Below are positions 36,235 to 49,137 of a DNA stretch of 64,000 nucleotides, piece by piece. The stretch spans positions 57,538,001 to 57,602,000 of the forward strand of contig NC_087437.1 of assembly GCF_036321535.1 (NCBI RefSeq), read 5' to 3'. A model generated the notes under the pieces. That model did not search any database and was not told the DNA's origin. It saw nothing but the letters and a program-made list of their open reading frames with translations. Numbering within the stretch: the first letter of the stretch is position 1; each line of letters opens with the position of its first letter. The stretch is from Camelus dromedarius. Lineage: Eukaryota. Position numbers and translations under genes: made by a program.

Positions 36235-38454
36235 AAAAATTAGAAGTTGCCCTAGAGTTTGCCATATACAGTTACAACTCTCCAAGTCCACTCTCAAACA
36301 ATGCTATTCTGCTTCACAGGTAGTGCAGGTATCTTATAACAGAGTATTACCAACTCCTCCCTTCCAGCCCTTTATAACACTTCAGTCATTCATTTCACAT
36401 ATCCATAAGCTCATGAAATACTTTGTTGCTATTATTAATTTGAACAGATACATTAAGAATAAGAAAAATAAAAGATTTTATTTTACCTTCATTTATTCCT
36501 TCTCTAATACCCTTCTTTTATTTATGTAGATTCAAATTTCTGACCTTTATTATTTTCCTTCTCTCTGAAAATTTTATTGTAGTATTTCTTGCAAGGCAGG
36601 TCTATTGGCAATAAATTTTCTCAATTTGTTTGTCTGAGAAAAATCTCTATTTCTCCTTCAATTTTGAAAGATAGTTTTGCTGGATACAGAATTCCAAGTT
36701 GGAAGCTTTTTTTTTTTTTTCTTAAACACTTTAAATATCTTACTCCACTTCCTTCTTGCTTGTATGTTTTCTGAAGATCACTCTGATGGAATTATTTTAC
36801 TTGTTACTCTATGGGTAAGGTGTTTCTCCACCCTCCTCTGGATTCTTTCATGATAATCTCATTTTCTTTGATTTTCTGCAGTTTGAATATGATATGTCTT
36901 GGTGTAGACTTTTTAGCATTTTCTTGCTTTGTGTTCTCTGAACGTCTGGGTCCGTGGTTAGGTGCCTGTCATTAATTTTGGGAAATTCTCAGATATCATT
37001 GCTTCACGTATTTCTTCTGCTTCATTCTTTCTACCTTCTCTAAGTGGCATTCTCATTACATATATGTTACATGATTTGTATTTGTCCCACAGTTCTTGGA
37101 CATTGTACTCTTGTTCGTTTTTTTTCTCTTTGTTTTCCACTTTGAGGAATTGCTATTAGCATATAGTCAAGCCCTTTGATTCTTTGGTTGGCCCTGTCCA
37201 GTCTACTACTGAGCTCATCAAAGGCAGTCCTCACTTCTGTCAGTGTTCTTGATTTCTAGCATTTCTTCTTGATTTTTTTCTTAGATTTTCTGCTTACATT
37301 ACCCATCTATTCTTATATGACGTCCACTTTTTCTATTAGAGTCCTAATCATATTAATCATATTTATGTTAAAATTCTAGCCTCATAATTCCAAAATCTCT
37401 GCCATATCTGAGTCTGTTTCTGATGCTTGATTTGTCTCTTCTATCTGTGTTTTTTACCTTTTAGCATGCCTTTTAACTTTTCTCAAAAGCCAGACATGAT
37501 GTGGCAGGTAAAAGGAGCAGAACTTTAAAGTAATGTCTTACATTTATTTGGCTAAGAGTTAGACAGTGTTTACTGTTTGCCCTGGCTGCAAATGTCAGAG
37601 GCTAAAACTGCCTCTATTGTTTTTGTCCCCCCCACCCCCATTGTCTTTGGTTTTCCCCAGAGACTCCTTCTTAAGTAGAGCATGAGCTTTCACTTCTCTA
37701 CAGCTGTAATACTACAGAAGCCCTGTAGATATAGCGGTAAGTGGTAGAAGTGAGGGGTGCGGGAGGAAAACATTTCACTCCTGTGATTATCTCTCAGTCC
37801 TTTAGCGGGCCTGTGCCCCTGGGCTATTACAACCTTCACAAGTGCTTCTCAGCTTCTCCCCCACTTTAGTCTTACATGACTTGGAAAGGCTAGAGGGAAC
37901 CAGAGTTGGGCATTTCCCTTCCCTCTTGGTTAGGGTCTGGTGAAACCCATGATGGTTAGGCTCATGTTAAATAGTGTCCCTTGAGGTCAGTCCTCTCTCA
38001 GTAAGAACAAGTGCTCTGGGAGTGTTTTAAAATGAGTGCTTCCCCCTCCTCTGCTAAACGCAAGAGGACTTTTCCCTCTAATCTTCACCCTGAGAACGTG
38101 GCGGGGTTCCTGAAGCTAAAACTCATGAAATTCTCCCTGGCACACATACAAAGCTGAGTCCCCAGGAGTTTTTATTTCTTAAGCTAGTCCCTGCTCAGTC
38201 TCCAGTGATCAGTCAGTTACTCTTCAAATATTCCTACCAGGATCCAGCTGTGGCTTCTGCTCCCAATAAGATCTGACTCTCTGGGTTTTTCTGTCTTTCC
38301 AGTTTTCAGCTGCCGGTTTACCCTGTGACCTCAATTCTCAGGTAGATCTAAGAAGAGCTGTTGATTTTCAATTTGTTCAACTTTTTTTCCTTGTTGAGAG
38401 GAAGGGAGTGATGACTTCTAAGCTCTCTACATAAAGAACCAGAAACCAGAAGTC
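36235..38454 (-). mobile_element. Old LINE-1 (L1MC/L1MD-like) 5' portion: 5'UTR, ORF1 and inter-ORF region
   Basis: The minus strand begins 'gacttctggtttctggttc...agagcttagaagtcatcactccc', like L1M 5' ends as I recall them, and contains a decayed ORF1; I see no adjoining ORF2 or 3'UTR. Confidence 0.8.
36560..37420 (-). pseudogene. Decayed LINE-1 ORF1p coding remnant
   Basis: ORF 36958-37140 (VQELWDKYKSCNIYVMRMP...EAMISENFPKLM) matches the ORF1p RRM start; downstream frameshifted pieces read STPRHIIFKLQKIKE, IQARRKWSKIFKV, GILYPAKLSFKIEGEI and FIANRPALQEIL (ORF1p RRM/CTD motifs). Confidence 0.88.
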
Positions 38455-39559
38455 AGCAGTTCACTTTTCACTGGCTGTTCCATATCACTTTTGTATTTTT
38501 GTTTCATTTATATGTGCTGTTCCTTCTGCCTGAAATGACCTTCTTCCTTTTCACAGAACACTAAGAGCCTCAACATGTCTCATTAATTAGTTTACGTATT
38601 ATTTCCACTCTGACATCTTTACTAAGGAGATGTATTCACAACTAAACAATGTGTTCTCATACCACCAGGTACTTGGGATGATTATTTCACTTAACACATT
38701 ATACTATGTTTATATTATATTATTTACAATATTATCTGTGATATGGGCACATGTTTGGGGCAGTGATTATAAGCTATGGTGTACTTAGAATTAAACATGA
38801 ATAAGTAATTTACTTGTTTATTGATTCCAGGGTTGTTCTCAGTCAGGTCTGGCCTTGATTCACTGGGTATTTCCTTTCACCATGAGCTAGGTCAGGTTGT
38901 CATTGAAATAGTATTTTTTTTGAGCTTACAATGGAACACTGCGGTTCAGTCTTATTTCTCATGTAAAGGCCACAGAAAGTTAGTAAGATGGTTCCAGAGA
39001 ATAATGCAAATTAGTAACATATACTCATGAGAGTCTGAAGATTGATGACTGCTGCCCAGTGTTCATTAAATTCCCTAATGAGGTTAAAGAGAGTTTGCAG
39101 ATGATCCCAAACTTTGCTGCCACATTAATGTAGGTTAACATCACTCATCTTGCCACTTTTAGTGGTCCTCCCTTAGGAGGCAGGAATCATTTTCTATATT
39201 AGCAAATCGATAAGAAGCCAGATTGAAAGCTCTGAACCAAAGTTTGCCTCGCTTGGACACAAAAATCCCTACCTGGGGACCGGCATCCTTGCTGGTAGTG
39301 ATGGGAAGATACTTGCCCATATAGTCACCAAGGTCTACATGCAACTAAATTGTTATCTTAGAAAAGCACAATATTTCCCATTTTGTAACCATAACTTCCA
39401 GCCCTAACTACTGCAAGAATTATCTATTGGAATCATATTCTGGCACGTTAAACATGGAAGGATCCTGAGACAATTTCAGATCCTATCCTCCCATTTTATC
39501 AGGAAAGGAGTTTTTTTTTTATATAGGGAAATATACCAAAGCCCAAAAGGGGAAACTGG

Positions 39560-39680
39560 AATTTATACCCCATAAAAGCAGAAATATTTGTACACTTTGC
39601 TCACTACAGTATCTCCAGGGTCTAGAACAGTGATGTATATAGAATTAGCATTCCATAAGCATTAGCTGAATGAGAATGAA
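39560..39680 (+). mobile_element. L2 3' end
   Basis: 'tttgctcactacagtatctccagggtctagaacagtg...ttagctgaatgagaatgaa'. Confidence 0.6.
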
Positions 39681-40144
39681 AGGATTTCCCAAAATTCCAG
39701 TATGAATTAGAAGCTAAACTGGGAACAGAGCAAGGTTCCTGACTGTAAAACAAGTGACCTTTCAATCACATGATGCTTTTTCCCAGCAAAGTCTCATTGG
39801 TAAGATGAAGATACTAGAGAAAAAAAGTGCTGAAATAGGAACTAATGTTTCTCAGGCTAGGATTAGTCTATGTAGAAAAGTTTATCATAAACTGTACACT
39901 ATCCAGCATGGAAGTTCTAAAATGTTAAATTATTGTCAGTGGTAAGTTATTTTGCTGGGCATGAGAATGAAATATGTTTACCTTTCATATAACTACACTA
40001 ATTATATGAGTTAATAACATATTAAACAAATAAAATTCGTAAAATTATATTTAAATTTTAAATTATTCAAATTTTTTAAATTGTAAGGATAAAATCCTCC
40101 TGATTTCGAACTCACAGAAGGTATTAATCAAAAGTTAATGACTA

Positions 40145-40288
40145 CATAGCACAGGGGACTATATTCAATACCTTGTAAGTGCCTATAATGAAAAAGAGTA
40201 TTAAAAAATGTATAAATGAATCATTATGCTGTATAGCAGAAATTAATGTAGCATTGTAAACAGACATACTTTAAAAAAGTAAATTAAA
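40145..40288 (+). mobile_element. Very short LINE-1 3' end (about 145 bp)
   Basis: 'catagcacaggggactatattcaataccttgtaag...taatgaaaaagag'; perfect 15-bp TSD aaaagttaatgacta at 40130-40144 and 40289-40303. Confidence 0.92.
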
Positions 40289-40398
40289 AAAAGTTAATGA
40301 CTATTGAAGATTTATCTTAAGGTACTATATGAGATAGGGCTGTGGAAGGGAAGTACAGAGACATATAACAGAGACATATAGAGTTTAATTTCTGCCCA

Positions 40399-40855
40399 TG
40401 TGGTAAGGGCTATTTAGGTTCAAAGAGGGAAAAAGCACAATTCTATTTAACTGCTTGCTTCATGGAGACTTAGGCTCCTCCCTCCCCACCCACCTGCATG
40501 TGGTCAACACCTTGGAAACAGAGTCTAGATCTCTCACCTGAGGCACAAGTAGGGGCTTGACATTCTTTCCGTCATCCCTGCTCTGCCAGAGAACCTCCGT
40601 GTAGCTGAGTGGCTAAGAACACTTGGGACCACTTTACTGGCACGGCTCTGCTCACAGGTAGGCTCTAGTTCTAAGGTCTACGCTCAGAGACCCAGAAACA
40701 GCCGCACACTTTTATCTCAGGACAACACTGAATTCTGCTTTGCAGCTGTTCCAACTACTAGGCGCTCGCCACCGCTAATAAAACTGATCATTTGGTTCCC
40801 CCTCTGCACTGTGGCCCTCAGTTTTCTACTAGTGAGAACCTGGAAAAAGAGGCAT
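40399..40855 (+). mobile_element. Candidate solo LTR, family unassigned (possibly ERVL class)
   Basis: About 450-bp GC-elevated block starting TG, with AATAAA at 40777-40782 about 70 bp before a CA; no TSD found. Confidence 0.35.
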
Positions 40856-41859
40856 TAGTAATCAATACCCCAAACTCCAGCATCCTTTCTAACCTGGAAA
40901 GCTCCTGATGGAGAGAAGTACAAAGTACTTGCCTTTTACCTTTGATACCTTGATGACTACATGGCACCTTGCCCATCATGGCTGATCAATTAACATTGCT
41001 AAATGGACATCTGGCTATTCAAACACTTTGAGATCTTTGCTAAAATATCCTTCGCTTCAGGTTGTCCCCTCCCTGTCCTTCAAACAATCGTTACACCATA
41101 AATTAAAAAAAAGAACAAAACAGCATTAGCTTTGCAATTTGGCTTCCCAAAGATACGAGTCTCTAGCTAGCTGCAGGAGGAAAGGTTAAAAGAAAAAAAG
41201 GAAGAACAAAATGTATTTATTGATCTATTTGGATTTTTGAGAATCAGGTCACACTGCAGAACTGCCTTTTGTCTACCATCCCACAGGGAGAGAGTAATGT
41301 TTATCATGACTCTCGTGGCAGAACAATATAGTTAGGGAATGAAAAGAACAAAACTCCAAATCTCAAGTTCCCAATAACTCAGAAAACATTCAACTCTAGA
41401 CAGATTCTTTTGTAATACATTGATCTTCACAGAGTCATAGAATCATTGGGCTGAAAGTCTTAAACTGAGTTCCTGAAGCCATTTAGAAAACTAGTGGGGA
41501 AGCTAGAGCTTTGACTCATTAGTCCTGGTTATGCAGGGAGCTCTGAGCTCCCACCAGGTGGGTGGTGACACTGGATAATATATGTCACTGGGATTAAGAC
41601 TCAACAAGTTGGATAGACTGCCTGGGAGCTACCCCAGTTATAGGGTCCACCAATATATGAATGGGGATGTAACCTACAGTCAAAGACAGATTACAGTTTA
41701 AATAACACTCTGTTCCAGTATACTGCTTACTATGCGGGATTTAATATGACCTGGGAAATGAAGGAGCTGTTTAAGCCTTGAATTATACCCAGGTCCACTA
41801 TGATATGAAAAATAACGTGTCACCTCCTTTAGTCCCCATGGCCCTTAGTGGTAGGTAAG

Positions 41860-42018
41860 CAATTAATCCCTGTGACTCTGGGACTATCTCCAGTTTATAG
41901 ATGGGGTATCTGAGCCTCAAAGAAATAGAGGGATCGGTCATGACCATATAATTCAGTCTGAGACAAGCCAGTACTAAAATTCAAGCTTCTTGGCTCCAAA
42001 TCTAGTGCTTTTTTTCAC
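41860..42018 (-). mobile_element. MIR relic
   Basis: 'ccagtttatagatggggtatctgagcctcaaag...cttggctccaaatctagtgcttttttcac'. Confidence 0.65.
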
Positions 42019-42564
42019 GTCAATCCCAAACAAATCGCTTAATGTTAAAAACTGCTTTCTAGATCAATGAGTTATGAAGTACATGAACTTATTATAGGGA
42101 ATAAGCAATATGAGTAAATGAAATATCATTAGATGTAATTTGCTCCTTTTTTCTTTACATGGCTTATTTTGTAAATGAATAAGCTTTTCACTAAGAATCC
42201 ACCAGATGAGTACAGTTTTTTTTTTTTTACTGTTTTCTCATTATAAACTGGAATTCTTTTAAATTCTGAAGCTCTTGTTTCACTGCCTACCCCCTTCTAA
42301 TAAAACTGAAATGTACTAGAATCTAATTATACTTTTATTTTTGGTGTTCCTGCAGACAACCACCTTTTAGGTTAGACCAGCATAATTATTTTTATGGATA
42401 CCCTTAGTAATTAACACTCCTTGCATGAAGCAAATGAAATACCACCTCTTTGCAAATACATCCTGTTGTGAGAATATATAAGTAAGATTCTAGACTATTT
42501 CAAGGTTATATTGTTTTCAGTGGAACAAGCCAAAGACAATCAAACCAAATAATAACTAAGTGTG

Positions 42565-42820
42565 CTCATTCACTCTGACAACAAATGTTTGAGGATCCAG
42601 TATGTGATAGAGATATAAAAATGAGCACAACATGGCACCTGTCCCTGAAGAGACCATCTTAGGAGAGATGGATATATATTCAATTAAGCCAAAATGTATC
42701 CTATTTCTTGATACAAACACAGAATGGCTGACTTAAGAGAGGGGAAGCCATTCATTCTGCATTAACTCCAGTGAGGATTTCAAAAAGGAGGTGATAATTT
42801 AACTAAGTCTTGAAATAAGA
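42565..42820 (-). mobile_element. L2 relic
   Basis: 'cattcac...aacaaatgtttgagg...atgagcacaacatggcacctgtccctgaagag...tttcaaaaaggaggtgata...aagtcttgaa'. Confidence 0.55.
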
Positions 42821-43688
42821 GATGCTGTTGTTACAGTATAAACTTATAGAAGCTGAGGAGAAAAAGGATTAATCCCAGTGCTCCAAATGGTATGTCATCA
42901 GATGTCTGGCTGTATCTTCCCTCCCATGTGTTGCTGGCACCCATCAGAGAGCAGTGAATTTTATGATGGAATTATTAGAATTCTTTTTTTCCCTCCAATA
43001 TGTTAGCCTCCTTTAAGGTTCTTGCCAAATCATAAAACCCTCCAAGTCAAATATGCATCAATGGTAGATTGGTTGGAATGGTTGGAAGAGTTTCTATTCA
43101 CAGTTACTAGTGTTGAGAGCTGTGGTGTTACTGAGTTACAGATAATTTGAAACACCCAGAAATCTGTTCTACTTTTTGCAGCTACTCAGAGTGATCTATA
43201 GTCTGACCGATTTCTGGAATCATGACCAGAGTTTTGGTTGTTGCAGGTGGGCATACTAATACATAGAGAGGTTTCCATCAAAGAATTTTTAAAGATTTCA
43301 AAAAGGCACATATGAGAGGATGAGATGGATGTATTCATAAAGCCAAATGAAGAAAGAACTCATTTTGTTAATTGTAATAATGTGTGCTTTTAAAATGTAG
43401 GATAATTTTTATTTTTGTTTTGAGTGTGTTCTTGAGATTGATTTTTTTGTCAAATTATCTTCATTTTATCAGCAAATGATCAAATATTATGATTGTTCTA
43501 CAAGAGCAAAGGAGAGTTTTAACTAATTACAGGGAACTTGAAGGCATTATACGTCTGCTGCTGAGCCGTAATACACACCTGTAACATATAGAAGTGTTAC
43601 TGCTTATTGCAAAGATGTAAACCTTATGATATGTGAGTCAATTCTGTTGTGTAAAACATTATCATCTATTCTAAACTTTCAAAATATT

Positions 43689-43760
43689 TTGTTTGTTTTT
43701 AAACCTTTAATTCATCTTTTTTTAATTTTTTATTTAATTTTGGGGGTGGGAGGTAATTGG
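43689..43760 (-). mobile_element. Tail-only (severely 5'-truncated) copy of the tRNA-derived SINE
   Basis: T-rich tail plus 'gggggtgggaggtaatt', matching the SINE 3' end seen at 9458-9472; 9-bp TSD caaaatatt at 43680-43688 and 43761-43769. Confidence 0.6.
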
Positions 43761-44539
43761 CAAAATATTATTTTTAGAATTTACATTCTATCTAATTCTA
43801 AATGATGAGGCAATCTATAAACAAAAATGACACTAAAATAAAACATTAATGTTCAAACATAAATGGAATTCACTGAATGACCCAGAAGAAATTAGAGGTT
43901 GAAGAATAAGAAAAATCTATTATTTGACTGTACTAGATTTTTTCCTCCAAATAACTTCAGTACTGTCAATCATCCCATTTGTTTTTCTCAGCTTAAGTTT
44001 CAAGGTCTGGATCTAATCATATACCTTTCCACCACAATTTAAACCTTCCTTGATTCCCTAATCCTCTTGGCCTTATTTCCTCTACCTTCATCTGCACTGC
44101 ACAATTCAGTTCTAAATGTATATTATCTTATTCTCCAGTTGCTTTCTCTTTTCACATATTGCCTTCCCAAATAAATCAGGGAGGAGTCCTGTCTTGTATT
44201 TTTTCTCTTTGTACTACCATGATGCTTATTAACATGATGCTAAGCGTAGAGTGTTGTTCAGAAGTTAACAGTCTACAAAATTTAGCTTATTTTTTTAATG
44301 TGCTCGGTTATCTGGTCTGCTGCATCAAAGAAGTTTGGAAGCAGCAACTACGAGAAAGGCTCTGAAAGCTAACAAGTGAGAAAAGATGGCAAGGGGAAAG
44401 CTAGCCAAAGCAGTACAACCACTAAGGCCAAAGAGGCCTGTGTCAGTGAGGGGAGGAGCAAATAAACGCAAGACCAGAAATGCCCCGAGAATGTAACTGA
44501 AAAGAGCAACGTAATCAGCTAGATTTCAAGTCCAACACC

Positions 44540-44780
44540 TCTGTATTTAACACTTACCATGTGCCAAGAACTATGCTAGAACCTGAGTTTACAAAGGTTG
44601 ACATGATGTTTGGATCCCCTCCTTTGAGAAACTAACTGCTGGTGGAGAAAGACACATGACACTGTTTTCAAAACAAAATGGTGAGTGCTATGCTAGATAC
44701 AAGCATCCTAAAGAAGCACAGAGCAAAGATGCCTCCTTAACTCAGACTCAGTCAAACAGGGTTTCCTGGTGGAGTAACGT
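44540..44780 (-). mobile_element. L2 relic
   Basis: 'tatttaacacttaccatgtgccaagaactatgctagaacctgag...aaatggtgagtgctatgctaga'. Confidence 0.65.
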
Positions 44781-45899
44781 TCCTTGATGACTCCAGTTAC
44801 CAAGAAAAAAGTAGCTATTATCAGTCATTGTTTAATGAGGTACTATCATCCCCCAAATTAAAGGGCTTTAGGATAAAGATTTTTGCCAAAACTGCCTCAG
44901 GATTGGGGGGTGTTTATTATAGAAACAACTTTAGATAGAAGTGACAAATTTTCCAGCAAAATGCAGGTCATGAAAAATAAGTTTGTGAATTGCAATGCTA
45001 CTCTGTGACAATGATACATCATTCACAAAATACAAACAATTACTTAACAGAAGAAAAATATTAACAGCAAGGAACCAGAGCAATTTATAGCAATTAATGC
45101 AGATTATGCCTAGTTGTCAAGAAATATCAAAGCCAAAGCACAACTACATAAACCATCTGGGTGTCATTTAAGAGGAACACAAAAACAGAATCTATTCTCC
45201 CAAGGGATTTGTGACTCTTCCTCTAAGAATTAGATTTATGCCTATGATTACGTTAAAAATAAATCTTCACTATAGTATGATCTTTCATTATAGATAGTAG
45301 TATCCATATTAAATTTATATTCAAAACTCAAATGATATTTATCTTAATTGATGACTCTGCATTTTCAACAGAAAGTCTGAAATCTCATCCATGGCCATCC
45401 TATTTCTTGAATCGTCAACCATAATGTTTTTGTAATTAGGATTCTGGCTATGATAGACACACTTAAGCAAGTAGAGCTCAAACCAACCCTTTTAGTAATG
45501 AGTTTTCAACAACAAAGCAGACAAAATCTTCAGTTAATGAATCTATCTCAAAACTAGCTTGTGCTGGTTACCAAAGCATGTGGATCATTTTTTAAAATTC
45601 ACTTTTCTGTTCGGAACTGCACTTTAAAGACTGACTGCAAACTATATATACTTGAGATATAAGCACTCTCTACGCATTTTGAATGTCTGAAAAAATTCCT
45701 CATGAACTTTCACATGTACCGTATCTTGTATGCTTAACTTTATATCACAGTCAAGGACCACCAATTGTGATGCCAAAGGAGACCTTATGTCAGAGTGCCC
45801 TTGCTGTCTCAGCTAAGATTCAAATTATTCACCAATACTCAACCTTATTAGCACCAACTGGGATCTTGCTGACTACTGCAGAGGACCTGGCTCCAGCCT

Positions 45900-46100
45900 G
45901 CAGAAGTAGAGAGCTGAGTCCAGAGTGGGACTGCGGACTCCATCCTTTATTTTTTGCATTATTTGAGAGAGTTAGGCACTTAAAACCTCTCTTTCTTCCC
46001 TGTAAAACTGGGGTAATGCCAGCTAATCTCTTAAGTTTGTAGCTAATATGAATTAGGGTAAATAAAGCACTTGGCACATATTAGAAGTTCAATAAGTGTC
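45900..46100 (+). mobile_element. MIR relic
   Basis: 'ttcttccctgtaaaactggggtaatgcc...gtaaataaagcacttggcacatattagaagttcaataagtgt'. Confidence 0.6.
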
Positions 46101-46199
46101 AATTCCCTCTTCACTAGGGGGGTAAGTAGATTTACCCAATGAAGATTAAAAAGAGATATCAGGTCCAATTATAGAAACCTATTTTATAACACAGCAGAC

Positions 46200-46385
46200 C
46201 ATGCCTCATTCAACCTTCCAATAACCCCCACCAGATAGGTTTTATCATCTTCCCTTTATGGTTGAGAAAACTGAAGCTCAAAGAGATCAACTGACATTTG
46301 CAAATGACTCTGCATGGATGGGAGCTTGGACTTGGACCCAGGTCTTCAGATACCTCATTCCAAAACCTTTGTCTGCACTGCACTT
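46200..46385 (-). mobile_element. MIR relic
   Basis: 'ctttatggttgagaaaactgaagctcaaagag...ggacttggacccaggtcttc'. Confidence 0.7.
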
Positions 46386-46509
46386 CCTACTAATCATATC
46401 TACATATTTGATTAACACAATAGTTTTAGATAAAGGGGTAATTGCTTTTCATAAAGTGATTGAGAATGAATGAAAGGGAAGTTGTGGTAGTTACATGTGT
46501 CCATAGAAG

Positions 46510-46778
46510 ACAACTCTTAGGAGCAGTGAGATCAAGGGTAAATCACTGAAGCCAGATAAACCCATTTCTGCAGCATACCATTTATTAATCATGCAGCCTA
46601 GATAAATTTCTTTTCTCTTCAGAATTCAGGTCTCATCTATTAATACTCACCTGGAGTTAATAACAGTATTTACAGCACCAAAATGTGCTAATGATTCAAT
46701 AAGATAATGCATGTAAAACACCTAACACACTATGCAGCATATATCAAGTATTCAACAGTTAGTAGCTACAGTTATTAG
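46510..46778 (+). mobile_element. MIR relic
   Basis: 'atgattcaataagataatgcatgtaaaacacctaacacac...gtattcaacagttagtagctacagttatt'. Confidence 0.6.
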
Positions 46779-47389
46779 AATGGCACTTCTCATTTGCTAA
46801 AAGATTTCACCAATCTATAACTGGCAACTTAAATGTTAAATGCAAAACAGGATGTCTTTCCATAATGTCACCAAATTTCTCAAACACTTTCTCATTTTTG
46901 CCCAGTAGTACTACCCCCATGATAAAAGTATACATGTCCAAGTTAAATAATGTGTCCTGATTTTTTCAGTTAATTTTGCATTAAGATTTCTAGCCTATGT
47001 AACACACAGAAGAAGTCGAAGGCCATATAGATTTGTAGAACTATTCAGAAGACTGACCTGTAAAATTTATCATTGCTTTGCAGATGATGTCCACCATCCA
47101 CATAAGAAGGTTAATGTGATATCCTGGGGTTCACAGTACATTAATTGTGGGGTCCCTTAGAAGAGTTACTAATCTTACAGAAGGGTTTTTCTTGACAGTG
47201 TGCAAGACTCTTGGGCTGAATAGGCATTTTGTGGCTGAGGGTTCTGACTTCAGTTCTGAGCAGCCTGCAAAAATTGTAAGGACATTTTATTTTTTTTAAC
47301 ACATCCTATAACTTATTGAGCATTAGAGCAATTGCTAACCATATCACCGTTACCTACAGGTAGCATTTTAGGGCTTCCAGAGTCCTCAC

Positions 47390-47560
47390 AGCCTTCACTT
47401 CATTTGATCCTCACAACAACCCAGTGAGGAGTCACAGTGAAGATTAAAATTCCTATTTTATAGACTCGGAAGCAGAGACTCACAGAGGAGAACTGATTTG
47501 CCCAAGTTGCACTGCTAGTAAGTAGCAGGATTAGGACTTGACCTCTCAAATCTCCACTGC
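47390..47560 (-). mobile_element. MIR relic
   Basis: 'catttgatcctcacaacaacccagtgagg...cctattttataga...gagactcacagagg...gatttgcccaagttgcactgctagtaagtagcag'. Confidence 0.8.
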
Positions 47561-49099
47561 ACCGTGACATCATGATACTTATTTTTTCATGTGATAAGCT
47601 GGGAAGTTCCATGTGTTACACAGGACAGGGTCTTATGCTGTATTTTAGTAAAGTGACTATTTGTTCAAAATCATAAATGACCTTATCTAGTTATGTACAG
47701 ATCATGCCCTTGTTAATAATGTGAGGGGCAAAGAACCAGTTCTGCTCTAGTAAGCTATAAAACTGTGATTAACTTAAATAAATATATGTATGTACACACA
47801 TACAAACACACCCACAAACATCTATACATATCCATACATGTATGTATATACATATGTATGTATCTATCTAATCTACATAAACCGTATCATTGGCCCTTGC
47901 TTATTAAACAGCATTAAATTATCATCTCCCCAGTTCATGGGCTGTACATTATTTGTACAGTGTGAATAAATGATTTTTTATATGGTCATCTGGTGATTTA
48001 ATACCCATGAACTAGTAGAATTTGGGGATATTAACAATATCTGAATATATAAAACACTCTTAATTTATTAATTATTCTGTGGACATAAGATTTTGGAATT
48101 CATGTGAGCATTACTATTTTTTTTTAACTAGCACTATAGCCAGAGCCATGGTCCAGGATATTTTCCCACAAATCTGACTCTTCCTTCAAATGAGTACTTT
48201 GGGAAGTATTAGCTTCTACTATAGATCAAAAGGTGTATATTAATAGGTATAAATGTGAGGAATCTATGGAAATAAGTAAGGGAAAATAAATATACAAAAA
48301 TAAATTAGCCATAGAAATACACTATTTCCAAGTTTAAAGACCAAATACTAAAATTACATAACCTCTGACAACAAACTCCTGGAGGAACAGACTGTGAATC
48401 TTAATTAAAAGGAAAAAAGAAAGTATTTCCCCAAAGTCCTGATAAAAGCAAAGTGTGCTTTGGTTGACAATATTTGTATCAAATTAGCATTGGAACCATG
48501 TGTCTTAACCCAATTCAAAATACCATTTAAGTGGAAATAGGAAGGCAATGGATAACGATTTCACAGTCAAAGCTCAAAATATGTGCAGTCAAACTCAATC
48601 AAAATATGAAAATGGCTAAAATTCACGCCAAATCTTAGTTACACCCACACTAAGTTTAAAACCACTATCATTGTTCAGAATCAGAAGTTTGCTCAGCATG
48701 ACAGAAATGACTCTAAGGGCTTACTTTGTTCACATATTGACCCAAGTACCTATTGCCAAGTTGTGTGTTTTCTTTTCAAATGTGTAGTAGCTTTGTGTTG
48801 GGCATAGTATCAAGAACAGCGAGCAGATTTTTTTCCCAGTGTTCACAGCCCCGTCTGGCATCACAGTCACAGACATAAAACAGTATGTCCCACCAAGTCA
48901 GCATCCTTCTTTTCCAGTTTTTGTAAAGGAAATTAATAACACAGGAGTATTAAAGGAAATATTCATTTATTCAAATATTTTATAATTGCTTAAAATATCT
49001 AAGGTATGGAAATAAATGTGGGAACATATTTGAAAGATCTACACAATTTCAATCTTTTTCTTTGTCTCTCTCCATCTATCTAAAAACACATATGCGTAT

Positions 49100-49137
49100 A
49101 CACACAGACACACAGACACACACACACACACACACAC
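49100..49137. repeat. (CA)n microsatellite with CAGA interruptions
   Basis: Directly visible. Confidence 0.92.

Noticed and set aside
47780..47880. Hairpin or miRNA-like self-complementary stretch
   Set aside because: Self-complementarity comes from degenerate (TA/CA/TG)n low-complexity sequence.
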